DNA of 64,000 bases from Candidatus Levybacteria bacterium RIFCSPHIGHO2_01_FULL_40_16 (lineage in GTDB: Bacteria; Patescibacteriota; Microgenomatia; Levybacterales; UBA12049): NCBI GenBank assembly GCA_001783805.1, contig MFNS01000001.1, forward strand, positions 649-64,648, given 5' to 3'. Each line of letters begins with the position of its first letter. Position 1 is the first letter of the stretch. A program made the position numbers and the translations under genes. The notes under the pieces are model-generated. The model had not been told where the DNA came from, made no database searches, and saw nothing but the letters and a program-made list of their open reading frames with translations. Shown here piece by piece: positions 51,096 through 61,792 of this stretch.

Positions 51096-52043
51096 CTACT
51101 TCTTCGCAGCATTTGAGTTCTTCATAATACTTTTAACAATGTATTTGGGCCTCTGCTTTACTTCTTCAAATATTTTTCCGATATATTCTCCTAAAACGCT
51201 TATGCCCAAAAGCTGGATTGCTCCTACAAATAATACGGAAATTAATATCGTAGTTGATCCTTGAGGAGTATTCGGTAATAAAATTCTTAATATTATTTGT
51301 ACGATTATTGCGGTAAGAGCAATGAGAAAAACAACAAAAGAAACCATTGTTATAATTTGAAGAGGAACATAAGAAAAAGAGAATATTCCTTTTGTAGCCC
51401 AATTTATATTTTTCAGTAAATTATTGGTTGTTTTCCCGAACATTCTTTCAGGGCGCATATAGGGAATTCCCATTTGTTTGAATCCAACCCATGCCCGTAG
51501 TCCTCTTAAGAATCTATCTCTTTCAGGAAAAGTTTTTAGTATTTGAACAACTTTATTGTCGATTAAAGAAAAATCGCCGGCATCCAAAGGGATTTTGATG
51601 TAAGACATTTTATGAAATACCCGGTAGAAGAGTTTGTACAGTATTGTCATGTAAAGAGGGGTTTCTCTTTTTGTCCGTACTCCGTATACGACATCGTATC
51701 CTTCAAGCCATTTTCGGTAGAATTTTTCAATTATTTCCGGAGGATCTTGTAAATCTCCGTCAAGCAGAACTACGGCATCCGATTTGGCAATCTCCATCCC
51801 GCTGGTAAAAGCCATTTGGGAGCTAAAATTCCTTGAGTGATTAATTCCTATTACGCGAGAATCTTTTGAAACTATTTTTCTCAAAACATCCTCTGTATTG
51901 TCAGGACTTCCATCATTTACAAAAATTATTTCATAGTCCACACCAATTTTTTTAAATACTTTCGTAAGTCTGTCATGCATTATGGGAATCGCTTGGGCAT
52001 CTTTATAGCAGGCAATAATCGCTGATATTTTTTTATTTTTCAT
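51096..52043 (-). CDS. GtrB/ArnC-like polyprenol-phosphate glycosyltransferase (GT2 with two C-terminal TMs)
   Basis: VNDGSPD, SRNF, DGDLQDPP, GDF, FLRGLRAWVGF, LGEYIGKIFEEVKQRP.Y. Confidence 0.9.
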   Translation of the reverse strand: MKNKKISAIIACYKDAQAIPIMHDRLTKVFKKIGVDYEIIFVNDGSPDNTEDVLRKIVSKDSRVIGINHSRNFSSQMAFTSGMEIAKSDAVVLLDGDLQDPPEIIEKFYRKWLEGYDVVYGVRTKRETPLYMTILYKLFYRVFHKMSYIKIPLDAGDFSLIDNKVVQILKTFPERDRFLRGLRAWVGFKQMGIPYMRPERMFGKTTNNLLKNINWATKGIFSFSYVPLQIITMVSFVVFLIALTAIIVQIILRILLPNTPQGSTTILISVLFVGAIQLLGISVLGEYIGKIFEEVKQRPKYIVKSIMKNSNAAKK

Positions 52044-52060
52044 ATTCTAGCTTCTACCCC

Positions 52061-52573
52061 TCATCTTCTAAGGTTAACATACCACGGCTTATCGCTTTTT
52101 ATCATATCATCCAGAAGGCTAGATATTTCTTCCATCTTTTCTGGCCACTTCGCCTTAATGTTTTTAAATATACGTATTATTTTCCTATCTTCTTCTGCCC
52201 AGTGAGAAATTCCATCATGTGCATAATCTTTATCTCTTCCGGAACCTATAAGTTTGACCGGTATTTTTTCATGGTTAATATAATTTCTTATTGTCTCAAA
52301 AGGCCTATATAGCAAGAAAGTAGTTATAGAATAAACAATTGGGATTTTACCCTCCAAACTTAATCCAACTGCTATGCCCATCATAGCTTGTTCTGAAGCG
52401 CCTGTATTTATAAACCGCTGTGGAAAATCTCTCCTTATATAGTCAAACATCTTATATCCCAAATCACCCACTACTAGCCAAATTTTGTCGTTTTTTGCCA
52501 TTTGCTTATATAATTCATAGGCAAACCATCCCCGCATACTATGATGTCTGTATTTGATATCTAGTTTTTTCAT
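52061..52573 (-). CDS. Transketolase-like pyrimidine-binding subunit (no C-terminal domain)
   Basis: GDLGY, FINTG.SEQAMMG.A.GL, EG..P, HDG.SH; ATG 52573 overlaps the upstream TGA. Confidence 0.85.
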   Translation of the reverse strand: MKKLDIKYRHHSMRGWFAYELYKQMAKNDKIWLVVGDLGYKMFDYIRRDFPQRFINTGASEQAMMGIAVGLSLEGKIPIVYSITTFLLYRPFETIRNYINHEKIPVKLIGSGRDKDYAHDGISHWAEEDRKIIRIFKNIKAKWPEKMEEISSLLDDMIKSDKPWYVNLRR

Positions 52574-53301
52574 AATTCTAAAGATTTTATTGCTTCTTCG
52601 TAATTTTGCTGAGTCATCGTGCAATAATGAGCGTCTTGATCCTTGAGAAAAGGAAGTTGATCGCTACGGGTCATGGCAAAAATTATTTCCGGTTTGCCTT
52701 TTGTAGTAGATTTCAATGCGCTATCTATGGCTTTTGTATCATGTCCGTCTATTTCTTTAACTTTATACCCAAATCCTGAAAATTGTTCAATGAGAGAAGG
52801 GGAGGACTGATCGTATCCCGCCCATCCATTATAGTTTACTATTATTTTAAGATTATATATTTTCTTCTCTTTTGCTATTCGTAAAGCTTCCCAAATACTT
52901 CCCTCGGCGCATTCACCATCGGAAATCATGCAATACGCATTTTTTTTATGATTGGCAATTGCCATCCCCAATGCTATCGGTAGTCCCTGGCCAAGGCTGC
53001 CTGTTGAAACATGAATGTTTAGTTTTTTATTTCGATCAGGATGTATGTATAGTTTTTTTATGTCATTTTTTTGTATCAACTTATTTTTTTCCAATACTAC
53101 GTATAAAGCTATTCCTGCATGTCCATTTGAGAGGATAAATTTTTCGTCCGGCTTTTTGATTTTGTAGACTCTATCTATTAAGTCTATGGTTGAAAGACAG
53201 GAGCCGATATGAGAAAGATGAGATTCATGACTTATTTCAAGGACTCTTCGCCTTATGCTTTTTTGTTCTTTAGATAATGATTTTATGTTAAAGGTATTCA
53301 T
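52570..53301 (-). CDS. Transketolase-like N-terminal (TPP-binding) subunit
   Basis: SHIGS.LS, LSNGHA, STGSLGQG, SDGE..EG..WEA, VNYN, IDGHD. Confidence 0.9.
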   Translation of the reverse strand: MNTFNIKSLSKEQKSIRRRVLEISHESHLSHIGSCLSTIDLIDRVYKIKKPDEKFILSNGHAGIALYVVLEKNKLIQKNDIKKLYIHPDRNKKLNIHVSTGSLGQGLPIALGMAIANHKKNAYCMISDGECAEGSIWEALRIAKEKKIYNLKIIVNYNGWAGYDQSSPSLIEQFSGFGYKVKEIDGHDTKAIDSALKSTTKGKPEIIFAMTRSDQLPFLKDQDAHYCTMTQQNYEEAIKSLEL

Positions 53302-53302
53302 T

Positions 53303-54256
53303 TTAAAGGAGGTTAGACTTTCTATACCAAAGATAGGTTTTTCTTAGGCCGTCTTCTAAGGAAAATTTTGGTCTCCAGTTTAGCGTCTTTTTTGTTTTTG
53401 AAATATCTGCTACCCAATGGGGAGTATCCCACAATCTTTTTGGAAATGCACCTTTTTCAACTTTGACTTTTTTTCCCGTAACTTTGAAAAGAGTTTTTAC
53501 TACCTCATCATTCGTATATTCTTTTCCTGTTCCCATGTTTAATATTTTTCCTGACATTTTTTTGCCTTTAGACATAGCTTTGATATAAATATCTACAATA
53601 TCCTCAATGTAAATAAAATCTCTTCTTTGAGTGCCTGCTGTAAGCTTAATTGTCTTGTTTTCGATAACCGCTTTTATTATGGTTGGTATAAAACGCTTAT
53701 TTTCTTCGTAAGGTCCGTAAACGGAAAAAGGTCTTAGTGTGACGATAGGCTTTTGATATTCTCTTGCGAATACCTGACACAAAAGCGATGCGGATGCTTT
53801 TGTGGCAGCATAAAAACTTATTGGTTCCAATAAGTCCATTTCCCTCATGGGATTATTTTTAATTCCATATTCGGAAGATGATCCCGTGTTTATAAAAATA
53901 TCGTAATTTATATTCTTAGAAGCAATTAATAAATTTAAAGTGCCTGCAATATTTGCTTCTATCATTTGCGATACTGCTTCTTGGTCTCTGTATGCGCTGT
54001 ACGTCGCTAAGTGAATAATTATCGATGGATTAATCTTGCGAATTACTTTTTGTAGATTAGTTTTATCTAAAAGATCAACTTTATAAAGATTGATTTTAGT
54101 AAGGACATTTTTTAATTGTCCAAGGTCAGTAGAATCTTTGATAATAAGATTAATATTTTTATATCCTAGATTCAGGAGCTTGTTAATTATATTTGTGCCA
54201 ATAAATCCCGCACCACCCGTGATTAAGATGCCTTTTCGTGGTAGAATATCTTTCAT
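53303..54256 (-). CDS. NAD-dependent NDP-sugar epimerase/dehydratase/reductase (extended SDR)
   Basis: TGGAGFIG, GSSSEYG, YAATK, RPFSVYGP, RDFIYIED. Confidence 0.9.
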   Translation of the reverse strand: MKDILPRKGILITGGAGFIGTNIINKLLNLGYKNINLIIKDSTDLGQLKNVLTKINLYKVDLLDKTNLQKVIRKINPSIIIHLATYSAYRDQEAVSQMIEANIAGTLNLLIASKNINYDIFINTGSSSEYGIKNNPMREMDLLEPISFYAATKASASLLCQVFAREYQKPIVTLRPFSVYGPYEENKRFIPTIIKAVIENKTIKLTAGTQRRDFIYIEDIVDIYIKAMSKGKKMSGKILNMGTGKEYTNDEVVKTLFKVTGKKVKVEKGAFPKRLWDTPHWVADISKTKKTLNWRPKFSLEDGLRKTYLWYRKSNLL

Positions 54257-55157
54257 GGTTGATATTATATGTGCTTTGTGCGGCCAAAAGCAACAAATTA
54301 AAGTGCTTTACGAAGCAACCCTTGACAAGAGAAATCTTACCAAGAAAACGTATTCTGCTCGGCGTATGCCGGACAAAGTTCACTACAGAATTCTTAAATG
54401 CGTAAGATGTAGTCTAGTTTTCTCTTCTCCGATTTTTCCGGCTGAAAAGCTGTCAAAATTTTATAGAAAGAGTGTATGTAGTTATGGAGATCAAATCCCA
54501 TATTTAATTAAAACTTACCTTAAAATAGTAGAGCAAATCAAGAAAGATCTACCGAAAAATCCAAAAATTTTAGAAGTTGGCTGTGGAAATGGATTTTTTC
54601 TTAAAGCTCTTATCGATTTAGGTTTCACAAAAAATGTTTTTGGAGTTGAGCCGAGCTCTAAAATGGTTTCAGAATCAAATTCGGCTTTGAAAGACAAAAT
54701 CAAGATCAATGTTTTTAAATCAAGCCTATTTCCAAAAAATAGTTTCAATCTGATTCTCTGCTTCCACACCTTAGACCATATGTTTGATCCTGATGAATTT
54801 GTTAGGGGTGCTTATTCAATGCTTAAGAAAAATGGATACGCTGCTGTGGTTGTGCACGATACGCAGGGTTTATCGGTAAGATTATTTGGGGAAAGATCGG
54901 CTATTTTTGATATAGAGCATATTTATTTATTTAATAAAAAAACTTTGAAAAAAATATTCGCGCGCAGCGGTTTCAAAATTATCGGAGTGTCAAATCTTGT
55001 TAATAGCTACCCCTTAAACTATTGGGTGCAAATGAGTGGTTTCCCTAATGTTGTAAAAAAATTTGTTAAATATATTTTTGACGTATTCATGATAGGTAAA
55101 AAAGAGATATCTATTCCGGCCGGAAACATTGCGCTTATTACTAAGAAGAATGTATGA
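54255..55157 (+). CDS. Class I SAM-dependent methyltransferase with N-terminal Zn-binding CxxC pairs
   Basis: CALC...CVRC, LEVGCGNG, GVEPS, FHTLDH; ATG 54255 chosen over the 54090 track start. Confidence 0.88.
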   Translation: MVDIICALCGQKQQIKVLYEATLDKRNLTKKTYSARRMPDKVHYRILKCVRCSLVFSSPIFPAEKLSKFYRKSVCSYGDQIPYLIKTYLKIVEQIKKDLPKNPKILEVGCGNGFFLKALIDLGFTKNVFGVEPSSKMVSESNSALKDKIKINVFKSSLFPKNSFNLILCFHTLDHMFDPDEFVRGAYSMLKKNGYAAVVVHDTQGLSVRLFGERSAIFDIEHIYLFNKKTLKKIFARSGFKIIGVSNLVNSYPLNYWVQMSGFPNVVKKFVKYIFDVFMIGKKEISIPAGNIALITKKNV

Positions 55158-55164
55158 TTTAATT

Positions 55165-56475
55165 ATGAAAAAAAAGCTTCTGTCTTTGGGAAATAATTTT
55201 CTAAAACACGAATTGGTAACTGGTAGTATTTATATTTTTGCAGGCTCCATAATTGCTAACCTATTTAACTTTTTTTTCAGTATATTCATGAGCAGAAATT
55301 TGTCCGTGGAGGGATTCGGTATTTTGGCAAGTACATTTTCTTTAATTAGTCTCATGGGGATTCCTGCCGGATCAATCATCCCTACAATCGTAAATTTTGC
55401 AGGTTCTCATTTTGCAAAAGATGATTACGGATCCGTTAAGGCGCTTTTTTTTAAAATTATAAAACCTCTCTTGCTTGTTAGTGTTCTTGTGTTTTTTTCT
55501 TTTTTCTTTTTCGCAGGCTATATTGGAGATTTTTTTAAGATTGCAGATCGGTCAATAGTCGTGATAATTGGAATTAGCGTTGCACTTGCATATATCGTAA
55601 TAGTGAGTACGGGTTTATTGCAGGCAAAATTAGCTTTTAGATATATTTCCTTTTTAAGTCTTACAGGATCTATATTGAAATTTGCGATTGGAGCCGGATT
55701 GGTTTTCTTGGGTTTTGGCGTGAGAGGCGCGATATGGGCAGTATTTATTGCGGGAATAATTCCGTCTATTCTTGGTTTTATTTATCTTAGATCTGTTTTT
55801 ATAAGTAAAATAAATAAGGCGAGTAAAATAAATTTTAAAAGTATAATTTCTTATGGATTTCCTTCCTCCCTTGCAGTATTGGGAATGACGTCTTTAATTT
55901 CTACAGACATTTTACTAGTAAAACATTTCTTTGATCCCCGGCAGGCCGGTGTTTATGCGGGACTATCTCTGGTCGGAAAAGTGATATTCTTTTTCACAGG
56001 TTCTATTGGGGGAGTAATGTTCCCTCTTATTGTAAAAAAACATGCCAAAAATGAAAATTACAACAATATTTTTAAAATGGCAATTGCTGTAGTACTTATT
56101 CCATCAGTCTTTATTTCTACATTTTATTTTTTATATCCTGATTTTTCGATAAATTTTTTCATTAAAAATGAAATATATAGATCTGCATCCGGATTACTTG
56201 GATTATTTGGAGTATTTATAACAATTTATTCTTTGATTTCACTTTTTGTTTATTATTTCTTATCTATAAAAAAAACCAACGTATATATTCCGGTTCTTCT
56301 TGCGGCTTTGAGTCAATTATTGCTCATTACTTTTTATCATAGCTCTCTTTTTATTGTTGTTATAACCTCTCTTTTAGTATCATTAATTCTTCTCGCAACC
56401 CTTGTAATTTACTACATAAAAACTTATGGTGAGCATAAAGGAATTAATAACGTGGCAGGAATACTTAATATCTGA
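55165..56475 (+). CDS. Oligosaccharide flippase / polysaccharide biosynthesis protein
   Basis: Many TMs; RNLS.E.FG, DILLVKHFF....G.YA; ATG 55165 is 6 nt after TATGAT. Confidence 0.85.
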   Translation: MKKKLLSLGNNFLKHELVTGSIYIFAGSIIANLFNFFFSIFMSRNLSVEGFGILASTFSLISLMGIPAGSIIPTIVNFAGSHFAKDDYGSVKALFFKIIKPLLLVSVLVFFSFFFFAGYIGDFFKIADRSIVVIIGISVALAYIVIVSTGLLQAKLAFRYISFLSLTGSILKFAIGAGLVFLGFGVRGAIWAVFIAGIIPSILGFIYLRSVFISKINKASKINFKSIISYGFPSSLAVLGMTSLISTDILLVKHFFDPRQAGVYAGLSLVGKVIFFFTGSIGGVMFPLIVKKHAKNENYNNIFKMAIAVVLIPSVFISTFYFLYPDFSINFFIKNEIYRSASGLLGLFGVFITIYSLISLFVYYFLSIKKTNVYIPVLLAALSQLLLITFYHSSLFIVVITSLLVSLILLATLVIYYIKTYGEHKGINNVAGILNI

Positions 56476-56490
56476 TAAAATCAAATTGTC

Positions 56491-57045
56491 ATGGAATTGA
56501 TAACTTTAGAAAATAAAAACAAAGTTAAATTGATAAAAGATGTAGTAATGCATCCTTATAAAGTTAATGAAGATTCTTCGGGAATTTTGATTGAGACAAT
56601 GAGGAGGGATTGGGACGATGTCTATGGTCAAGGACGGGAATTCTTCATGCAGTATTATTCGGAAACTCCTTCGGGCATGATTAGGGACGAAGGTGTTTGG
56701 CACTACCATCCGACTACACAAGATGATCGGTTTTCAGTTGTAAAAGGAGAAATAGTAGTAGCAATTAGCGATAACAGGAAAGACTCAGAGACTAAAGGAC
56801 TCTTGAACCTTTTTTATATAAATGCAAGAAAAAATCCATACATGGTACTAATTCCCAGGAAAACTTTGCATGGATTTATGGTTGTCTCCAAAGAACCGGC
56901 AATTCTAATTAATTTCCCCACGGGTTTGTATAATCCTAAAGAAGAAGGAAGAATTCCATATCAAGACGTTCAGGTAAAGACGTCGGACGGTACTGTTTTT
57001 TCTTGGGATTTAGTACGCAAAGAGTTTTCTGATCTATCTTCTTAA
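56491..57045 (+). CDS. RmlC-like cupin (dTDP-4-dehydrorhamnose 3,5-epimerase family)
   Basis: D..G.L.E..R.DW, WHYH...Q.D, D.RKDS.T.G, IP...HGF. Confidence 0.8.
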   Translation: MELITLENKNKVKLIKDVVMHPYKVNEDSSGILIETMRRDWDDVYGQGREFFMQYYSETPSGMIRDEGVWHYHPTTQDDRFSVVKGEIVVAISDNRKDSETKGLLNLFYINARKNPYMVLIPRKTLHGFMVVSKEPAILINFPTGLYNPKEEGRIPYQDVQVKTSDGTVFSWDLVRKEFSDLSS

Positions 57046-57804
57046 ATGGAAAAAATAAAGTTATTATCCCTCGTCGTTCCTGCCTACAAGCAAGAAAAAA
57101 CAATCGTAAAAGATATAGAAAACCTGAATAAGATTTTATCTTCGATGCAATGTAAGTATGAAATATTGGTAGTTGTTGATGGATTTTTGGATAAAACCTA
57201 CGACATCCTCCAAGACCTAACATCTAAAATCAAAAATCTAAAGGTACTGTTTTATGAGAAAAATCATGGAAAAGGTTATGCGGTAAGATATGGTGTGTCG
57301 AAGGCAATGGGAGATGTGATAGGTTTTATTGATGCGGGAATGGACATTGAAACAAGTGGAATAGGCATATTGCTTGACTATATGTTGCTTCATGATGCGG
57401 ATATAGTTATTGGAAGCAAATTGCATCCCGATTCAATTGTTGAATATCCGATGCAAAGAAAGATTCTATCTTGGGGATATAGGGCAATAACGCAGACTCT
57501 CTTTGGCTTTAGCGTGAGAGATACGCAAGTTGGCTTAAAGTTATTCAGGAAAAAGGTAATAAAAGAGGTATTCCCCTTGTTGGCTGTTAAGAGGTTTGCA
57601 TTTGACGTGGAGATACTTGCCGTTTCCTACGCAAGAGGATACAGGAAAATATATGAAGCTCCTGTAAAGCTAACGTATAATTGGGGGAGTACGATTGCAA
57701 ATTTTACCTCTGTAAGCTTTTGGAATGTAATATTTTCCATGCTTTGGGATACCGCTGCGGTTTTTTACAGGTTAAAAATCCTCCATTATTACGATAGAAA
57801 ATAA
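57046..57804 (+). CDS. GT2 polyprenol-phosphate glycosyltransferase (DPG/DPM-synthase-like)
   Basis: VVPAY, NHGKGYAV, GFIDAG.D, DTQVGLK, FAFDVE. Confidence 0.88.
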   Translation: MEKIKLLSLVVPAYKQEKTIVKDIENLNKILSSMQCKYEILVVVDGFLDKTYDILQDLTSKIKNLKVLFYEKNHGKGYAVRYGVSKAMGDVIGFIDAGMDIETSGIGILLDYMLLHDADIVIGSKLHPDSIVEYPMQRKILSWGYRAITQTLFGFSVRDTQVGLKLFRKKVIKEVFPLLAVKRFAFDVEILAVSYARGYRKIYEAPVKLTYNWGSTIANFTSVSFWNVIFSMLWDTAAVFYRLKILHYYDRK

Positions 57805-57895
57805 GTTCATAAAGTAGAAAGTTTGTAAAGTTTGTAAAGTACTTCATAACATTATAACTTTATGAACATTAAACCTTATAACATTATAGTCTTAT
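57805..57895. repeat. Degenerate ~9-bp tandem repeats that flip orientation, forming a long imperfect palindrome between convergent genes (possible bidirectional terminator)
   Basis: GTTCATAAAGT 57805-57815 and ACTTTATGAAC 57857-57867 are a perfect inverted pair; AAAGTTTGT x2 precede the centre at 57840/57841. Confidence 0.6.
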
Positions 57896-57901
57896 AGCTA
57901 A

Positions 57902-59131
57902 TCAGGGATATATTCCAAAGAGCGGATATATTTCCCAAATGCTGTCTGTGTAGACACAGTTAAATATTACGCCAATTATGATAAGCGTAATTGCGGTTTT
58001 TGATAATTTTGGGGAAAGAGAAGGAATTAAAAGTAAAAAGATAAAAGGAAGAAAATCCAAAGTATAACGGTATCCAATCTGAGCATAGCCTATGCTGTAC
58101 CAAAGGAATACAGGAAACGCCAGCGCAATACTTGCCAAGCTGGCAGAAAGCGTATAAATACCTTTTCTAAATCTGCAAAGCAATAAAAGAAATAGCGGTG
58201 AAGTAAACCAAATGGCTGCTCCCCAGGGATTTAACTTGAGATATGGGAATTTGAGAACGAATCCATCATCGGGATCTTTTAATAATGGCTCAGGGGACAT
58301 AAACAAGAAGCTGTAAAGATTAGTCGGGATATGCATCATACTTGCGTCTCCATATTTGAGATTTGCTCCGATAGGAAGATCGCGGATTGAAATATTATAG
58401 TTATATCCGGTTTCAAAAATTGAATGAAAACGTCGATTATTATATGCGCCCAAAAGAGATAATGCAAGAATAATTGGTATTAACATTATTAAAAATTGTT
58501 TGATAGAAAACCTTTTTTGTATTAATTCGAAAAAGAAAAAAACAACAGCTAGCATTAAAGTAAGTCTCGTCATGGTTGCCAGTCCTATAAATAAGCCGAT
58601 TAATAGCGGATGTTTTTTAGCTAGATATGCCCAAATTGCCAGTAGAATAAATGGTACTCCCAATGCTTCTACTTGATAAGCAGTGATGTTGATTACGCTT
58701 GAGCTAAATAGAACAGTTGAGATAACAAAAAAGAGAGAAAGCCATAATGAATCAAGAGAGCTAAATTTGAATTTTTTCGAGATAAAGTAAACCGCTATAA
58801 AAGATGTGATCATTGATCCTACTCCAATGGTCACTTGCGGAAAAGAATCTTTGAAAAAAAAGGCAAAAGGCATCAGCAGAATTGAAGAAAGAGGACCAAA
58901 ATAGACATAAAAATTGTTGTAGTAAGCAGAAATGTCTCTTATGGGCAAATTATAGATGGGGAGTGCTATGTGACCGTTAACGAATTGATATGAGAGGCTG
59001 ATAAGAACTTTATCGAACCCTCTTTGTCCAACGGTTAGATAAAGATAGGTTGAGTATAAGGAAAATAAAGAAAATAAAACAAAAAGCATTAACTTGCCGT
59101 GGCGTCTTAAAAAAGAAAGAAAATCTTGCAT
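57902..59131 (-). CDS. Multi-pass membrane protein, probable GT-C glycosyltransferase
   Basis: D...Y....YVYFGP, YN..RF....E.GY, GYRY.LDF. Confidence 0.65.
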   Translation of the reverse strand: MQDFLSFLRRHGKLMLFVLFSLFSLYSTYLYLTVGQRGFDKVLISLSYQFVNGHIALPIYNLPIRDISAYYNNFYVYFGPLSSILLMPFAFFFKDSFPQVTIGVGSMITSFIAVYFISKKFKFSSLDSLWLSLFFVISTVLFSSSVINITAYQVEALGVPFILLAIWAYLAKKHPLLIGLFIGLATMTRLTLMLAVVFFFFELIQKRFSIKQFLIMLIPIILALSLLGAYNNRRFHSIFETGYNYNISIRDLPIGANLKYGDASMMHIPTNLYSFLFMSPEPLLKDPDDGFVLKFPYLKLNPWGAAIWFTSPLFLLLLCRFRKGIYTLSASLASIALAFPVFLWYSIGYAQIGYRYTLDFLPFIFLLLIPSLSPKLSKTAITLIIIGVIFNCVYTDSIWEIYPLFGIYP

Positions 59132-59252
59132 GAAAAATTAATTATTCTTAGATTGATAATACCAATAATCTGGAAATTTTGATAGATATCTGCTATACCT
59201 TCAAGTATCAGCCTTGATTATTGGGTTCTGAAAACGTATACTTTAGAAGTAA

Positions 59253-61021
<1,769 letters not shown>

Positions 61022-61022
61022 T

Positions 61023-61790
61023 ATGTCTGAAAAAAAAGTTGTTTTAATCACCGGGGGAAATTCTGGATTAGGAAAAATTATTGCCCAAAATTTAATTTCA
61101 AAAGGATATGTAGTGTACGGAACCTCGCGTAATGCTGAATTGCCCAAAATTGCGGGCATGCATTTTTTAAAATTAAATATAACCTCGGATACGGAAACAA
61201 AAGACGCAATTAACGAAATCATAAAGAAGGAAAAACGAATTGACATTATTATCAATAATGCAGGGATAACGTTAACAGGTCCGACGCTTGGATTTTCTGC
61301 AGAAGATTTTAAAAATATTTTGGACACCAACCTTATTGGACCGTTTCGTTTGCTTAAGGCAGCCTTATCGCTTCCAAATAAACCAAAGCTGGTAATAAAT
61401 ATTACATCTCTTAACGGATTTCTATCTTTGCCAAATTTTGGACTATATTGTGCATCTAAATTTGCCATGGAAGGCCTAGGATTGGCGCTTCGATATGAAT
61501 TGGGCCCCTTAACAAAAGTGGTAAATGTTGCGCCTGGGGCTTTATTTATGGAATCAGCAAAAAAAATGCCTCACAAGCCGGCGAGAGAAAAATTTCCATT
61601 ACTAAGTTGGCTAATGCCCCTTACCTTTCCGGAAGATGTTTCGGTAGTGATTGAAAAATTAATTAATGCATCATCTGTGCCCCCAAGAGTTTTAGTTGGT
61701 AGAGATGCTTATATTATTAACTTAATGCAGAAAATACTACCATCCTCAATTTTTGACAGAATAGTGTTTTATATTTGGAGAAAAAAATAA
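61023..61790 (+). CDS. Short-chain dehydrogenase/reductase
   Basis: TGGNSGLG, INNAG, YCASK. Confidence 0.9.
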   Translation: MSEKKVVLITGGNSGLGKIIAQNLISKGYVVYGTSRNAELPKIAGMHFLKLNITSDTETKDAINEIIKKEKRIDIIINNAGITLTGPTLGFSAEDFKNILDTNLIGPFRLLKAALSLPNKPKLVINITSLNGFLSLPNFGLYCASKFAMEGLGLALRYELGPLTKVVNVAPGALFMESAKKMPHKPAREKFPLLSWLMPLTFPEDVSVVIEKLINASSVPPRVLVGRDAYIINLMQKILPSSIFDRIVFYIWRKK

Positions 61791-61792
61791 CA

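Noticed and set aside
54090-54254. N-terminal extension of the methyltransferase ORF
   Set aside because: It is antisense to the conserved epimerase N-terminus; ATG 54255 has its own -10 box and is followed directly by the CxxC motif.
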